Assembly (NCBI GenBank): GCA_945870425.1
Contig: CAMBSD010000017.1
Coordinates: 8,884-72,883, forward strand
DNA length: 64,000 bases
From: Chitinophaga pinensis
GTDB taxonomy: Bacteria > Bacteroidota > Bacteroidia > UKL13-3
Direction: 5' to 3'
Part shown: positions 55,409 to 64,000 of the stretch, in pieces
Layout: every line of letters starts with the position of its first letter
How positions within the stretch are numbered: position 1 is the first letter of the stretch
Program-made: the position numbers and the translations under genes
The notes under the pieces: generated by a model
The model's input: the letters and a program-made list of their open reading frames with translations, nothing else
Database searches by the model: none
What the model was told of the DNA's origin: nothing

Positions 55409-56389
55409 ATGAATTCAACAAAATCATTAACAAGAAGCGAAGTAATGTTACACATCGGAAAAGATGTGGACCAATACACTTCTGAATTTTTAAAACCGAT
55501 AGAATCTAATTGGCAAGCATCTGAATTGTTGCCACTGACATCTGATAGTGCCTTTATTGCTGACTTGAAAGTTATACAAGAACAAGCGGAAGGATTATCA
55601 TACGATTTACTTGCGGTGCTTGTGGCTGACACCATTACTGAAGAAGCTTTACCTACTTATGAAACATGGTTGGCAGGCGTAAATGGTATCGACCAACATA
55701 ATAACAATGGATGGATGAAATGGTTAAGAGGATGGACTGCTGAAGAAAATCGTCATGGAGATGTGTTAAACCGTTATTTATACTTATGCGGACGCATCAA
55801 CATGAAAGAGTTTGAAGCATCTACCCAGTTTTTGATTGCCGATGGATTCAATAATGGCGCGGGAAGTGACCCTTATCGAAATTTTGTTTATACCAGTTTC
55901 CAAGAAATGGCTACCAATATTTCGCACCGCAGGGTAGCCACTATAGCCAAGCAAGAAGGAAGCAATATTCTTTCAAAACTGTGTGGACTAGTGGCAGCTG
56001 ATGAAGCCCGTCATGCTAAGGCATACAAAACTTTTGTGACTAAAATATTTGAAATTGATTCTAACGAAATGATGTTGGCATTTGAGGATATGATGAGACA
56101 GAAAATTGCTATGCCTGCGCAATATTTGAGAGAGATGGGTGATAAGATTAATACCTTTTCAAACTTTAGTGATGCGGCACAAAGAATTGGAGTTTATACC
56201 TCATTAGACTATGTCGATATTTTAAAATCCTTAATTGAAGAATGGGAAATTGATGGCATTCGTGGACTAAACGAACAAGGCGAAAAAGCCCGTGATTATC
56301 TGATGAGACTGCCAGATAGATTAACACGTCTTTCTGAAAGAATGCGCATTCCTGATACCGAATTTAAATTTAATTGGATATTAGCATAA
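55409..56389 (+). CDS. Soluble acyl-ACP desaturase (diiron, stearoyl-ACP desaturase family)
   Basis: EENRHGD and DEARHAKA di-iron ligand motifs. 326 aa. Confidence 0.85.
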   Translation: MNSTKSLTRSEVMLHIGKDVDQYTSEFLKPIESNWQASELLPLTSDSAFIADLKVIQEQAEGLSYDLLAVLVADTITEEALPTYETWLAGVNGIDQHNNNGWMKWLRGWTAEENRHGDVLNRYLYLCGRINMKEFEASTQFLIADGFNNGAGSDPYRNFVYTSFQEMATNISHRRVATIAKQEGSNILSKLCGLVAADEARHAKAYKTFVTKIFEIDSNEMMLAFEDMMRQKIAMPAQYLREMGDKINTFSNFSDAAQRIGVYTSLDYVDILKSLIEEWEIDGIRGLNEQGEKARDYLMRLPDRLTRLSERMRIPDTEFKFNWILA

Positions 56390-56392
56390 ATA

Positions 56393-56432
56393 GAAAAGGC
56401 TTCTCAACGAGAAGCCTTTTCTATTTATTTTA
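56393..56432 (+). terminator. Rho-independent terminator after the desaturase
   Basis: gaaaaggcttctc-aacg-agaagccttttc followed by tatttatttt. Confidence 0.75.
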
Positions 56433-56655
56433 GATAAATATTGAATAAGAATTAGCTTGACTAGTCTAATATTTAATCAATTTATCTTTTTTTAAACATA
56501 TGCGTGCTCTCACCAGTATTTGAAAACGCTCACAGATAAGAGTTTTCATAATATGTAATTAGCCCTCTTTATTTGTATTATCTTCTTTTCGTCAAACTTT
56601 CTTTCTAAGCATTTGCATAGCCTATCCTTTTGTTTATTTTTGATAAACCAAGGAC

Positions 56656-59241
56656 ATGAAAAAAATACTTTTAATAGCCATCGCTAGTTTGATAAGCAGT
56701 ATTGCTTTTTCACAAATTAGTAAAACACAAATAGATGCAGCTCTTCAAGCCAAAGGCCTTGATCCATCAGAAAATGATGCCTATAATATTACCTCGCAAT
56801 CAAGCTCCAAAGACATAGGTGTAAGTCATGTGTATTTGCGTCAAACAATCAATGGTATTGAAATATTTAATGGCAATCCTGCCCTGCATTTTGATAAAAA
56901 TGGCAATGTGTTTAGTTTTAGCAATGCTTTTATAAAGTCAGCCAAAAGCAAGCTAGTTGTTTCAAATAACAACACTTCTTACAATAAAGCGATTGAAATA
57001 GTTGCCAAGCAATTGGGATTAAGCGTTAATTTCTCTGTAAATAAAACCAATTCCCAAACCAATGAATACATTGTTTTAGATAAGAAAGCTTCTAGTCAAG
57101 ACATCAAAGCCAAATTGTATTATTTGTTGTTGGACAAAGAGATAAGACAAGTATGGAATATTGAGTTTTTTTTAGATAAAACAGGTGATTGGTGGAACAA
57201 ACGTGTGGATGTGAATACAGGTAAAATAATTGATGAAAATAATTGGACCACTCAGTGCGATGTGAAACAAACCAGTAAAAGGATAAAAAAAAACGATAAA
57301 TTTAGCTTCGTTTTTGAAGACAAGGAAACCCTAATGAAAACAGGAAATGGTTCTTATAAAGTTTTTCCTATTCCTGCTGAGAGCCCGCAAAAGGCTGCCC
57401 ACCAAATAGTGAACAATCCAGCCAATGCAACTGCTTCACCATTTGGTTGGCATGATGTAGATGGATTGGCAGGTGCCGATTATACCATCACACGCGGAAA
57501 TAACGTCTGGGCAATGGAAGACACGCTCAATACAAATGACGCAACTGGATTCGCCCCAGATGGTGGGACAACATTAGATTTTGATTATTCTTATGATTCT
57601 AAACTAGGAGTTAACCCAAGAACAAATCTAAAAGCGGCTATTACCAACTTGTTTTATTGGAATAATGTAATTCATGATGTTTTTTACCAATATGGTTTTG
57701 ATGAAGAGTCTGGAAATTTTCAACAAACCAATTATAAGCAAATAGGATTAGGTAATGATTTTGTGTTCGCAGATGCACAAGATGGAAGTGGCAAAAACAA
57801 TGCAAACTTTGGCACACCACCTGATGGATCTAATCCTAGAATGCAAATGTATGTGTGGCAAATAGGTTCTGATACCAATGTGTTTCATGTCAATAGCCCA
57901 AGTTTTTTGAAAGGAAGATTTACTTCCTCATTGGCTAGTTTTGGTCCTTATCCAATGATGCCTGGCGTTAAGGCAGATTTGGTAATCGCTCAAGATGCTA
58001 CGGCCAATCCTAGCCTTGCTTGCGAGTCTATTGTGAATGATGTGTATGGTAAAATAGCAGTAATAGATAGGGGTTCATGTTTGTTTGTAGATAAGGTATA
58101 CAACGCTCAGCTTGCAGGTGCAAAAGCTGCCATAATAATTAATAATGTGCCCGGTCCTTCCTTTTCAATGGGTACATCTAGCACAGACAAAGATGCATTA
58201 ATCAATATTCCATCTATTATGATTAGCAAAGATTTGGGTGATTCTTTAAAACAATATTTACAGAATTCAGTAGCTATTAATGCAAGCATCTCAGATTCGC
58301 TTGGCCCAAAATTTACTGATAGTGATTTCGATAATGGAGTGATTGTACATGAATATACACATGGACTATCAAACAGATTAACGGGTGGTGCTGGTAATAC
58401 TAGTTGCTTAAGCAATGCAGAACAAGGAGGAGAAGGTTGGAGTGATTTTTTTGCATTGGCTTTAACTTCTCACTCTTATGATAACCCTCAAATGGGTAGA
58501 GGAATAGGAATGTATTTACGTGGTGAAGATACAACGGGTTTAGGAATTAGATCCTATAGGTATAGTCGAAGTTTAGACATCAATCCTGTTACTTATGATA
58601 GCATCAAACGCAGAGAAAGTAGCGAGGTACACTATATTGGTTTTGTTTGGTGTTCAATGTTGTATGATATATTTTGGGATATGTCTGATAAATATGGATT
58701 TAGTAATGATATTTACAATGGCAATGGTGGAAACAATAAAGCTATGAAATTGGTGATGGAAGGTCTTAAGCTGCAGCCTTGTTCTCCAGGATTTATTGAT
58801 GCAAGGGATGCTATTTTGCTAGCAGATTCTCTTTTGAATAATTTTGCAAATAAAGATTTGCTATGGAAAGCCTTTGCTCGCAGAGGTTTAGGATATGGTG
58901 CTGATCAAGGATCTTCCCTTGACATTAAGGATGGTATTGAATCTTTTAAACTTCCTCCACCTCCTAAACAAACTACTAGAATGGATGAAACCTTGAGTGA
59001 GAAATCAGTGAAGCTTTATCCAAATCCTAACAAAGGGACTTTTACCATTGAGACTGAGAGCGAACTTATAATGAATGCAATTAAAGTGTATGATATTTCA
59101 GGTAAGCAGGTTTTTAGTGAAGAAATGCAAAAGGAAAATAGGATTCATCAATTGAAGGTAAATTCACTAGAAACTGGTATATACATAGTTCAAATTGAAA
59201 CCGAAAAAGGCAGCATTTATAAGAAAATGATTGTTGAATAA
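56656..59241 (+). CDS. M36 (fungalysin) family metallopeptidase with PA domain and T9SS C-terminal sorting domain
   Basis: VIVHEYTHGLSNRLTGG (HExxH of M36). PA-domain insert (GKIAVIDRGSCLF...AAIIINN). CTD VKLYPNPNKGTFTIE...GIYIVQIETEKGSIYKKMIVE. Confidence 0.88.
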   Translation: MKKILLIAIASLISSIAFSQISKTQIDAALQAKGLDPSENDAYNITSQSSSKDIGVSHVYLRQTINGIEIFNGNPALHFDKNGNVFSFSNAFIKSAKSKLVVSNNNTSYNKAIEIVAKQLGLSVNFSVNKTNSQTNEYIVLDKKASSQDIKAKLYYLLLDKEIRQVWNIEFFLDKTGDWWNKRVDVNTGKIIDENNWTTQCDVKQTSKRIKKNDKFSFVFEDKETLMKTGNGSYKVFPIPAESPQKAAHQIVNNPANATASPFGWHDVDGLAGADYTITRGNNVWAMEDTLNTNDATGFAPDGGTTLDFDYSYDSKLGVNPRTNLKAAITNLFYWNNVIHDVFYQYGFDEESGNFQQTNYKQIGLGNDFVFADAQDGSGKNNANFGTPPDGSNPRMQMYVWQIGSDTNVFHVNSPSFLKGRFTSSLASFGPYPMMPGVKADLVIAQDATANPSLACESIVNDVYGKIAVIDRGSCLFVDKVYNAQLAGAKAAIIINNVPGPSFSMGTSSTDKDALINIPSIMISKDLGDSLKQYLQNSVAINASISDSLGPKFTDSDFDNGVIVHEYTHGLSNRLTGGAGNTSCLSNAEQGGEGWSDFFALALTSHSYDNPQMGRGIGMYLRGEDTTGLGIRSYRYSRSLDINPVTYDSIKRRESSEVHYIGFVWCSMLYDIFWDMSDKYGFSNDIYNGNGGNNKAMKLVMEGLKLQPCSPGFIDARDAILLADSLLNNFANKDLLWKAFARRGLGYGADQGSSLDIKDGIESFKLPPPPKQTTRMDETLSEKSVKLYPNPNKGTFTIETESELIMNAIKVYDISGKQVFSEEMQKENRIHQLKVNSLETGIYIVQIETEKGSIYKKMIVE

Positions 59242-59328
59242 TATACAAATCATTCATTTGGCATTTTCGTTGACTTAAGCCAACGAAAATGTCAAAAATA
59301 GGCAGAACAAAAATCACCCTTTAAATAT

Positions 59329-59766
59329 ATGAGCTGGGTAAGAGTTTATATACATATTGTCTTTACTACAAAGAACAGAGAGCCTTTTCTAAATTCTGTC
59401 GAACTTAGAAAGCAGGTTTTTCAACACATAAAACAAAATGCACTCGATAAAGATAATTGGCTTGATTGTGTAAATGGTTATAGCGAACATGCTCATTGTT
59501 TAATTTCATTGAAAAGAGATCAAACAATTAGTAAAGTGGTTCAATTAATTAAAGGCGAATCTTCCTTTTGGGTCAATAAGAATAAACTGACTGAAAATTA
59601 TTTCATGTGGCAAGATGATTACTGGGCTGTTGGTGTCAGCGAAAGTCAAGTAGAAAGGGTGAGAAGATACATTCACAACCAAGAAATTCATCATGCTAAA
59701 AAATCTTTTACTACAGAAATAAATGAGTTTATAGAAAAATATAATTGTAGCAATTCTGAGAACTGA
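59329..59766 (+). CDS. IS200-like / REP-associated tyrosine transposase (RAYT, Y1 HUH)
   Basis: 145 aa. WVRVYIHIVFTTKNREPFL. HUH motif EHAHCLIS. Flanked on both sides by palindromic repeats. Confidence 0.8.
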   Translation: MSWVRVYIHIVFTTKNREPFLNSVELRKQVFQHIKQNALDKDNWLDCVNGYSEHAHCLISLKRDQTISKVVQLIKGESSFWVNKNKLTENYFMWQDDYWAVGVSESQVERVRRYIHNQEIHHAKKSFTTEINEFIEKYNCSNSEN

Positions 59767-59785
59767 TATTCTTTAAAGGGTATAA

Positions 59786-60000
59786 TCTATTGCCATGAGA
59801 TTTAGCTAAAAAGAAATAAAAAAGGATTTTATCCTTACCATGAGCTTTAGCTAAAAAAGAAATAAAGAAGCATTTTATCTATTACCATGAGCTTTAGCTC
59901 ATGGAACAAAAATAAATAGCAAATGGGCTTTAGCCATATTTAATATTTGGCTAAAGCCAATCGGAGTATTTGATTTGTGCAGTTGGCTAAAGCCAACTGA
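59786..60000. repeat. REP-like array: three copies of ccatgag(a/c)tttagct(a/c)... units plus two further perfect hairpins
   Basis: ttgccatgagatttagctaaaaagaaataaa / ttaccatgagctttagctaaaaaagaaataaa / ccatgagctttagctcatgg. ggctttagcca...tggctaaagcc. cagttggctaaagccaactg. Confidence 0.7.
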
Positions 60001-60026
60001 AATTTATAAAAAGAATAATTTTCAAA

Positions 60027-60338
60027 ATGGATTCAATAAAATCAAACCAAATTAAACAAGAAAGAAAAATTCTAATTATGTCTCTTTTCCTTTTGTCTGT
60101 TTTGATTATTATATTTGGATGTTGCTCAAATTGGAATGGAAATATATTTTATACAGGTATTATCATTTCTATACTTGTTGTTTTGGGTATTTATATTTAT
60201 TGGCCAAGACAATGCTGCAAATGCAAGCAGCATATGCATAGGAAGGTTATTAATTATTTTTTGGTTTTTGAATTTTCGAAATGTAACAACGCTTTCAGAA
60301 CTCATTTCATCGTTGATTCAAATTCATTTATTGGTTAA
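60027..60338 (+). CDS. Small hypothetical membrane protein (doubtful gene)
   Basis: 103 aa with two hydrophobic segments and a Cys-rich tail. AT-rich region. Overlapping alternative frame 60115..60414. Confidence 0.25.
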   Translation: MDSIKSNQIKQERKILIMSLFLLSVLIIIFGCCSNWNGNIFYTGIIISILVVLGIYIYWPRQCCKCKQHMHRKVINYFLVFEFSKCNNAFRTHFIVDSNSFIG

Positions 60339-60401
60339 AAATGCTATTTTGCATACTGATAAAATCATTACCATCATCTATCAATCAAAAACTATCCCGC
60401 C

Positions 60402-61436
60402 TTGCCACATATAAGTAAGAAAAAAGTTAGCTTTGGCATTAGCCACCATTTGCGAAAATACCTCGACTCTTGCGGCCGTGCCACCAATATTCCTCTGCAA
60501 TATGCTGACTTGAAAAACTTCAAAGAAAGTGTTGCCTTATATGATAAGAAAGGAAAAGACACACTATGGGAAACCTGCATATATGCCCCTTCTGATATTG
60601 AACATATCCATAACGATTTGATTCAGATTTATGCCTTGCTAAAAGTAGGCGGAGATGTGGAAGTGATGAAACACTTGTATATCGAACGTATTGACAATTG
60701 TTTGTATGGAAATACCGCCCCATTCAGGGTGCGCGTGGTAAATAAATTGAACGATAATTTTGATTATTTCTATGTGAAAAATGCAGATGCCTCAAGGATA
60801 TACGGTTTGGAGCTAGAGCATCTGCTTTCCCCTAATCGTATTCATTACCTTGTGAGTGGCAATACCTTAATAGAAGAGCATATTGCGGGTATTCCAGGAG
60901 ATGATTTTGTTAGAAATTATTTTGATAAAGAAAATTTCAATCCCATTCGATTATCTAAGGAGTTTGTGAAATTTAATGAGCGATGCCTTATCATTCTTTT
61001 GGGCGATATGCATTCAAGCAATTTTGTAATTCAAATTACTCCTGATTTTGAAGAAACCAATTACCGCATACGCTCCATCGATTTTGACCAACAAGCCTAT
61101 GAAGGCAGAAAAAATATTTATTTGCCACAGTATTATAAGCAAAACAAAGCCTATATCGAATTGGTTCAAAAGCATATCAGCCTTGAAAGTATAAGACAAT
61201 ACCAACGTGAAGAAAGAGCAGTGATGGTAAGCAGAATGCGGTCATCAAAAAAAGTTATTTTCGACTTATTAAAAGCCATGAGTCATGATGATATTGCACC
61301 TAATGAAAATATTAACAACCTAAAACAAGAACTAGCAGCACATTACCAAAGCGATAGATTTTTGAAAGCACGCAGCATGGGAGATATTGTAAGATGCAGT
61401 TTATTACATTTGCTCCGAACCAATAAAAGAAGCTAA
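60402..61436 (+). CDS. Hypothetical protein with protein-kinase-like fold signatures
   Basis: LLGDMHSSNFVI (HxD...N catalytic-loop-like) then IDFD about 18 aa later (DFG-like). 344 aa. No signal peptide. Confidence 0.45.
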   Translation: MPHISKKKVSFGISHHLRKYLDSCGRATNIPLQYADLKNFKESVALYDKKGKDTLWETCIYAPSDIEHIHNDLIQIYALLKVGGDVEVMKHLYIERIDNCLYGNTAPFRVRVVNKLNDNFDYFYVKNADASRIYGLELEHLLSPNRIHYLVSGNTLIEEHIAGIPGDDFVRNYFDKENFNPIRLSKEFVKFNERCLIILLGDMHSSNFVIQITPDFEETNYRIRSIDFDQQAYEGRKNIYLPQYYKQNKAYIELVQKHISLESIRQYQREERAVMVSRMRSSKKVIFDLLKAMSHDDIAPNENINNLKQELAAHYQSDRFLKARSMGDIVRCSLLHLLRTNKRS

Positions 61437-61548
61437 TTAATTACGAAATGAGAATTAATAATTACGAATTAGGAGTAACCTATAAATAACTAACGTATAA
61501 CCCAATAACGAAATAACGCATTAACCAATAACGATTTAACAAATAACA

Positions 61549-63210
61549 ATGACCAACTCAGATATAGCCGATATTTTAAAACATTATGCCGACCTATACG
61601 AATTGCATGACGGCAACCCATTTAAGGTGAAACAATTTGCCAGTGCATCTTTTAGGGTAGATAAAATGGGAGTGACCCTATTTGGTAAAAGCAGTGAAGA
61701 GCTTGAAAAAACAGAAGGATTGAACAAGGGACTAGCTGCCAAAATTTTTGAGATTTGTAATATAGGTAGCTTTGCAGACTTAAATGATTTATTGGCAAAT
61801 ACACCTGAAGGAATCATTCAAATTATGCGTATTAAGGGCATTGGTCCTAAAAAAGTAGCGCATATATGGAAAGAGCTGGGTATTGAAAGTATTGGTGAAT
61901 TGCTATATGCATGTAAAGAAAACCGCTTGGCACAAGCAAAAGGGTTCGGACTAAAAAGTCAGTTGAATGTTATCAAAGAGATTGAATTTATTTTTGCCAG
62001 TGCTAATAAGTTTCACTATGCCAAACTCGAACCCATTGCCAATTTATTAATAAACGATTTACAAAAACACATCACTGGTATTAATCAAATCTCGATAAGT
62101 GGAGATATGCGCAGACGCTGTGAAGTGATTGAAAGAATTCAAATAACAGCATCAGTGGCTAATAAGGAAGAAGCTATTGAGAGTATAAGTCAACAGCCAT
62201 TGTTTTCATCTGTTCTATCCAATGACAATGGACTTTCAGGTAATTATGGAGGATACCCTTTTGATTTGATGATGTGTGATGATAGCGAGTTTGCTTATCA
62301 ATTATTTTTAAATACTGCCACGCAAGAACATTTAGCACAATTAGGTTCACTACCACATAGCATACAAAATCTTACGAATGAAAATGAAATGTATGCAGCA
62401 CTCAACATGCAATACATTGAACCCGAGATGCGTGAGGGTAGGGGAGAAGTGGAAAAAGCCAAAAGCCATTCACTACCTAAACTTATTGAACTAAGCGATT
62501 TAAAAGGGCCATTGCACAACCACTCTAAATGGAGTGATGGTTTGTTTACCATTGAAGAAATGGCAAAACATTGCATAAGCAAAGGCTACCAATACCTTGG
62601 CATGGGCGACCACTCTAAAAGCGCCTTTTATGCCAATGGAATGAAGGAGTTTCAGATAATTGAACAACACAAAGAAATAGATGCTTTAAATGCTAAATAC
62701 CCTGCCTTCAAAATTTTTAAAGGCATTGAGTGCGATATCTTATACGATGGCAGCATGGACTATGAAAATGATGTGCTTGCTTCATTTGATTATGTAGTGG
62801 CCTCTGTGCATAGCATATTAAAAATGACCGAAGAAAAAGCCATGCAGCGATTGATAGGAGCCATTGAAAACCCCTATACCACCATATTAGGCCACCCAAC
62901 TGGGCGCTTATTGCTAATGCGTGAAGGGTATCCCATCGACCATAAAAAAATGATTGATGCCTGTGTGGCCAATCGGGTGGTAATAGAAATTAATGCCAAC
63001 CCATACCGATTGGATTTAGATTGGCGATGGATAGACTATGCCCTAAACAAAGGCGCTATGCTAAGCATAAACCCTGATGCCCACGATTTAGACGGTTTTG
63101 CCGATATGTATTTTGGTACCCTAGTGGCCCGCAAAGGCGGACTAACAAAAGAGCATTGCCTAAACGCCATGAATGTGGAGGAGATTACAGCTTATTTTAG
63201 TAGGAAATAG
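61549..63210 (+). CDS. polX: DNA polymerase X family with PHP (3'-5' exonuclease) domain
   Basis: HhH/pol-beta-like N-terminal half (IKGIGPKK). PHP motifs LHNHSKWSDG and GMGDHS. 553 aa. Confidence 0.88.
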   Translation: MTNSDIADILKHYADLYELHDGNPFKVKQFASASFRVDKMGVTLFGKSSEELEKTEGLNKGLAAKIFEICNIGSFADLNDLLANTPEGIIQIMRIKGIGPKKVAHIWKELGIESIGELLYACKENRLAQAKGFGLKSQLNVIKEIEFIFASANKFHYAKLEPIANLLINDLQKHITGINQISISGDMRRRCEVIERIQITASVANKEEAIESISQQPLFSSVLSNDNGLSGNYGGYPFDLMMCDDSEFAYQLFLNTATQEHLAQLGSLPHSIQNLTNENEMYAALNMQYIEPEMREGRGEVEKAKSHSLPKLIELSDLKGPLHNHSKWSDGLFTIEEMAKHCISKGYQYLGMGDHSKSAFYANGMKEFQIIEQHKEIDALNAKYPAFKIFKGIECDILYDGSMDYENDVLASFDYVVASVHSILKMTEEKAMQRLIGAIENPYTTILGHPTGRLLLMREGYPIDHKKMIDACVANRVVIEINANPYRLDLDWRWIDYALNKGAMLSINPDAHDLDGFADMYFGTLVARKGGLTKEHCLNAMNVEEITAYFSRK

Positions 63211-63295
63211 TTTAACGGTTCACGGTTTTACATTTTACGGTAATCAGTCAAACTGTGAACTGATATACTGAGAACCAGTTACCTTAAAACAAAAA

Positions 63296-63320
63296 ATCCC
63301 GCCATGCGGGATTTTTTGTT
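63296..63320. terminator. Bidirectional rho-independent terminator between polX (+) and the OMP-like gene (-)
   Basis: aaaaaatcccgc-catg-gcgggattttttgtt. Confidence 0.8.
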
Positions 63321-63387
63321 TGGTATTTTAGAGGCGAAATGTTTTTTGATTTTATTTAGTTGGTTAGGAAGAAATACCCAACTTCAC

Positions 63388-63900
63388 TTAAAACTTTAAC
63401 TTCTTTGCTTTGAATGCATAGCCAAAACTAATTGCTGGCCAAGGTAATATGGGTGTTCCGAAAAGCTTTGTGTTTGGCATTAATAATCCACAAACGCCTG
63501 CTCTAAACATAAACCCGCCATCTGATGGCATTCTTCTATAACCAATTCTAATTGATCCAAGAGGACTTCCTATATCATTCGGGGATATTGTTAATCCCCC
63601 GCCAACTTCAAAATATTTTATATTTTTACCCCACATCCAATCGTATTCTATAGGAATAATGATATCTGAATTGAATAACTCAATACCTACCCTTATATTT
63701 GTCCACCTGACATCAGTAAGTTTCATCCTACTTTCGTAATTTAATGAGTACAAAAGACCATTGCCCAATATTTCCGCATTTAACCCACTTTGCTGCATAA
63801 TTGGCTTTTTATAGGTAAATTGTGAGCTAGCTTTATAAGAGATAGAATTAATTACTAACAGGGCTAATATTATTTTGATTTGTGGGTATATTTCTTTCAT
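63388..63900 (-). CDS. Hypothetical small outer-membrane beta-barrel-like protein
   Basis: Signal peptide after an internal Met (MKEIYPQIKIILALLVINSISYKASSQ). Alternating-hydrophobic strands. C-terminal aromatic (…KKLKF). Confidence 0.5.
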   Translation of the reverse strand: MKEIYPQIKIILALLVINSISYKASSQFTYKKPIMQQSGLNAEILGNGLLYSLNYESRMKLTDVRWTNIRVGIELFNSDIIIPIEYDWMWGKNIKYFEVGGGLTISPNDIGSPLGSIRIGYRRMPSDGGFMFRAGVCGLLMPNTKLFGTPILPWPAISFGYAFKAKKLKF

Positions 63901-64000
63901 AATTAAGTGTTTTTGTCTGAAGCGCTCTAAAATTTGATTGTTCAATACAACAAAATCGACTGATTATTTCAGTTATGCAATAACTTATCCATCTAACATG

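Noticed and set aside
59786-60000. Possible CRISPR array
   Set aside because: Units are palindromic with irregular spacing, heterogeneous units and no cas genes. The adjacent gene is an HUH transposase, so it is a REP array.

Overview
Low-GC (~35%) Bacteroidota chromosomal window, probably Flavobacteriia/Cytophagia-like: two proteins carry canonical T9SS C-terminal sorting domains and the histidine kinases are of the TPR/HisKA_3 + LuxR type. Most of the window is ordinary housekeeping DNA: msrA, the tRNA-Gln/prs/rplY/pth block, rsmI, lnt, yggS, PolX, TolC/MFP, NifU, Sua5/YrdC, PGM, acyl-ACP desaturase and a CstB-like persulfide dioxygenase. Three separate two-component signalling clusters are present. 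Four regions look accessory or unusual. (1) A four-gene minus-strand operon: UbiA-family prenyltransferase, type III PKS, SAM methyltransferase, FAD oxidoreductase. It resembles an srsABC-like phenolic-lipid pathway with an added prenyltransferase. (2) A ~14.6 kb minus-strand block of secreted proteins. It holds a 1855-aa multi-phosphoesterase and a 1965-aa lectin/RCC1/NHL protein that share a non-T9SS ~200-aa C-terminal module with dockerin/EF-hand-like DxNxDGxVD loops. Between them sit a 42-aa-mature mini-protein with a sortase-substrate-like GG/TM/basic tail and a separate T9SS-CTD protein. The giant genes contain large near-identical intragenic DNA repeats. (3) A 1533-aa in-frame fusion of a complete oligopeptidase B (S9) with a CarbopepD_reg + DUF5686-like outer-membrane-type module. 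(4) An IS200-like RAYT transposase flanked by REP-type hairpin arrays (REPtron), followed by uncharacterised genes including a kinase-fold protein. No CRISPR, rRNA or prophage were seen.
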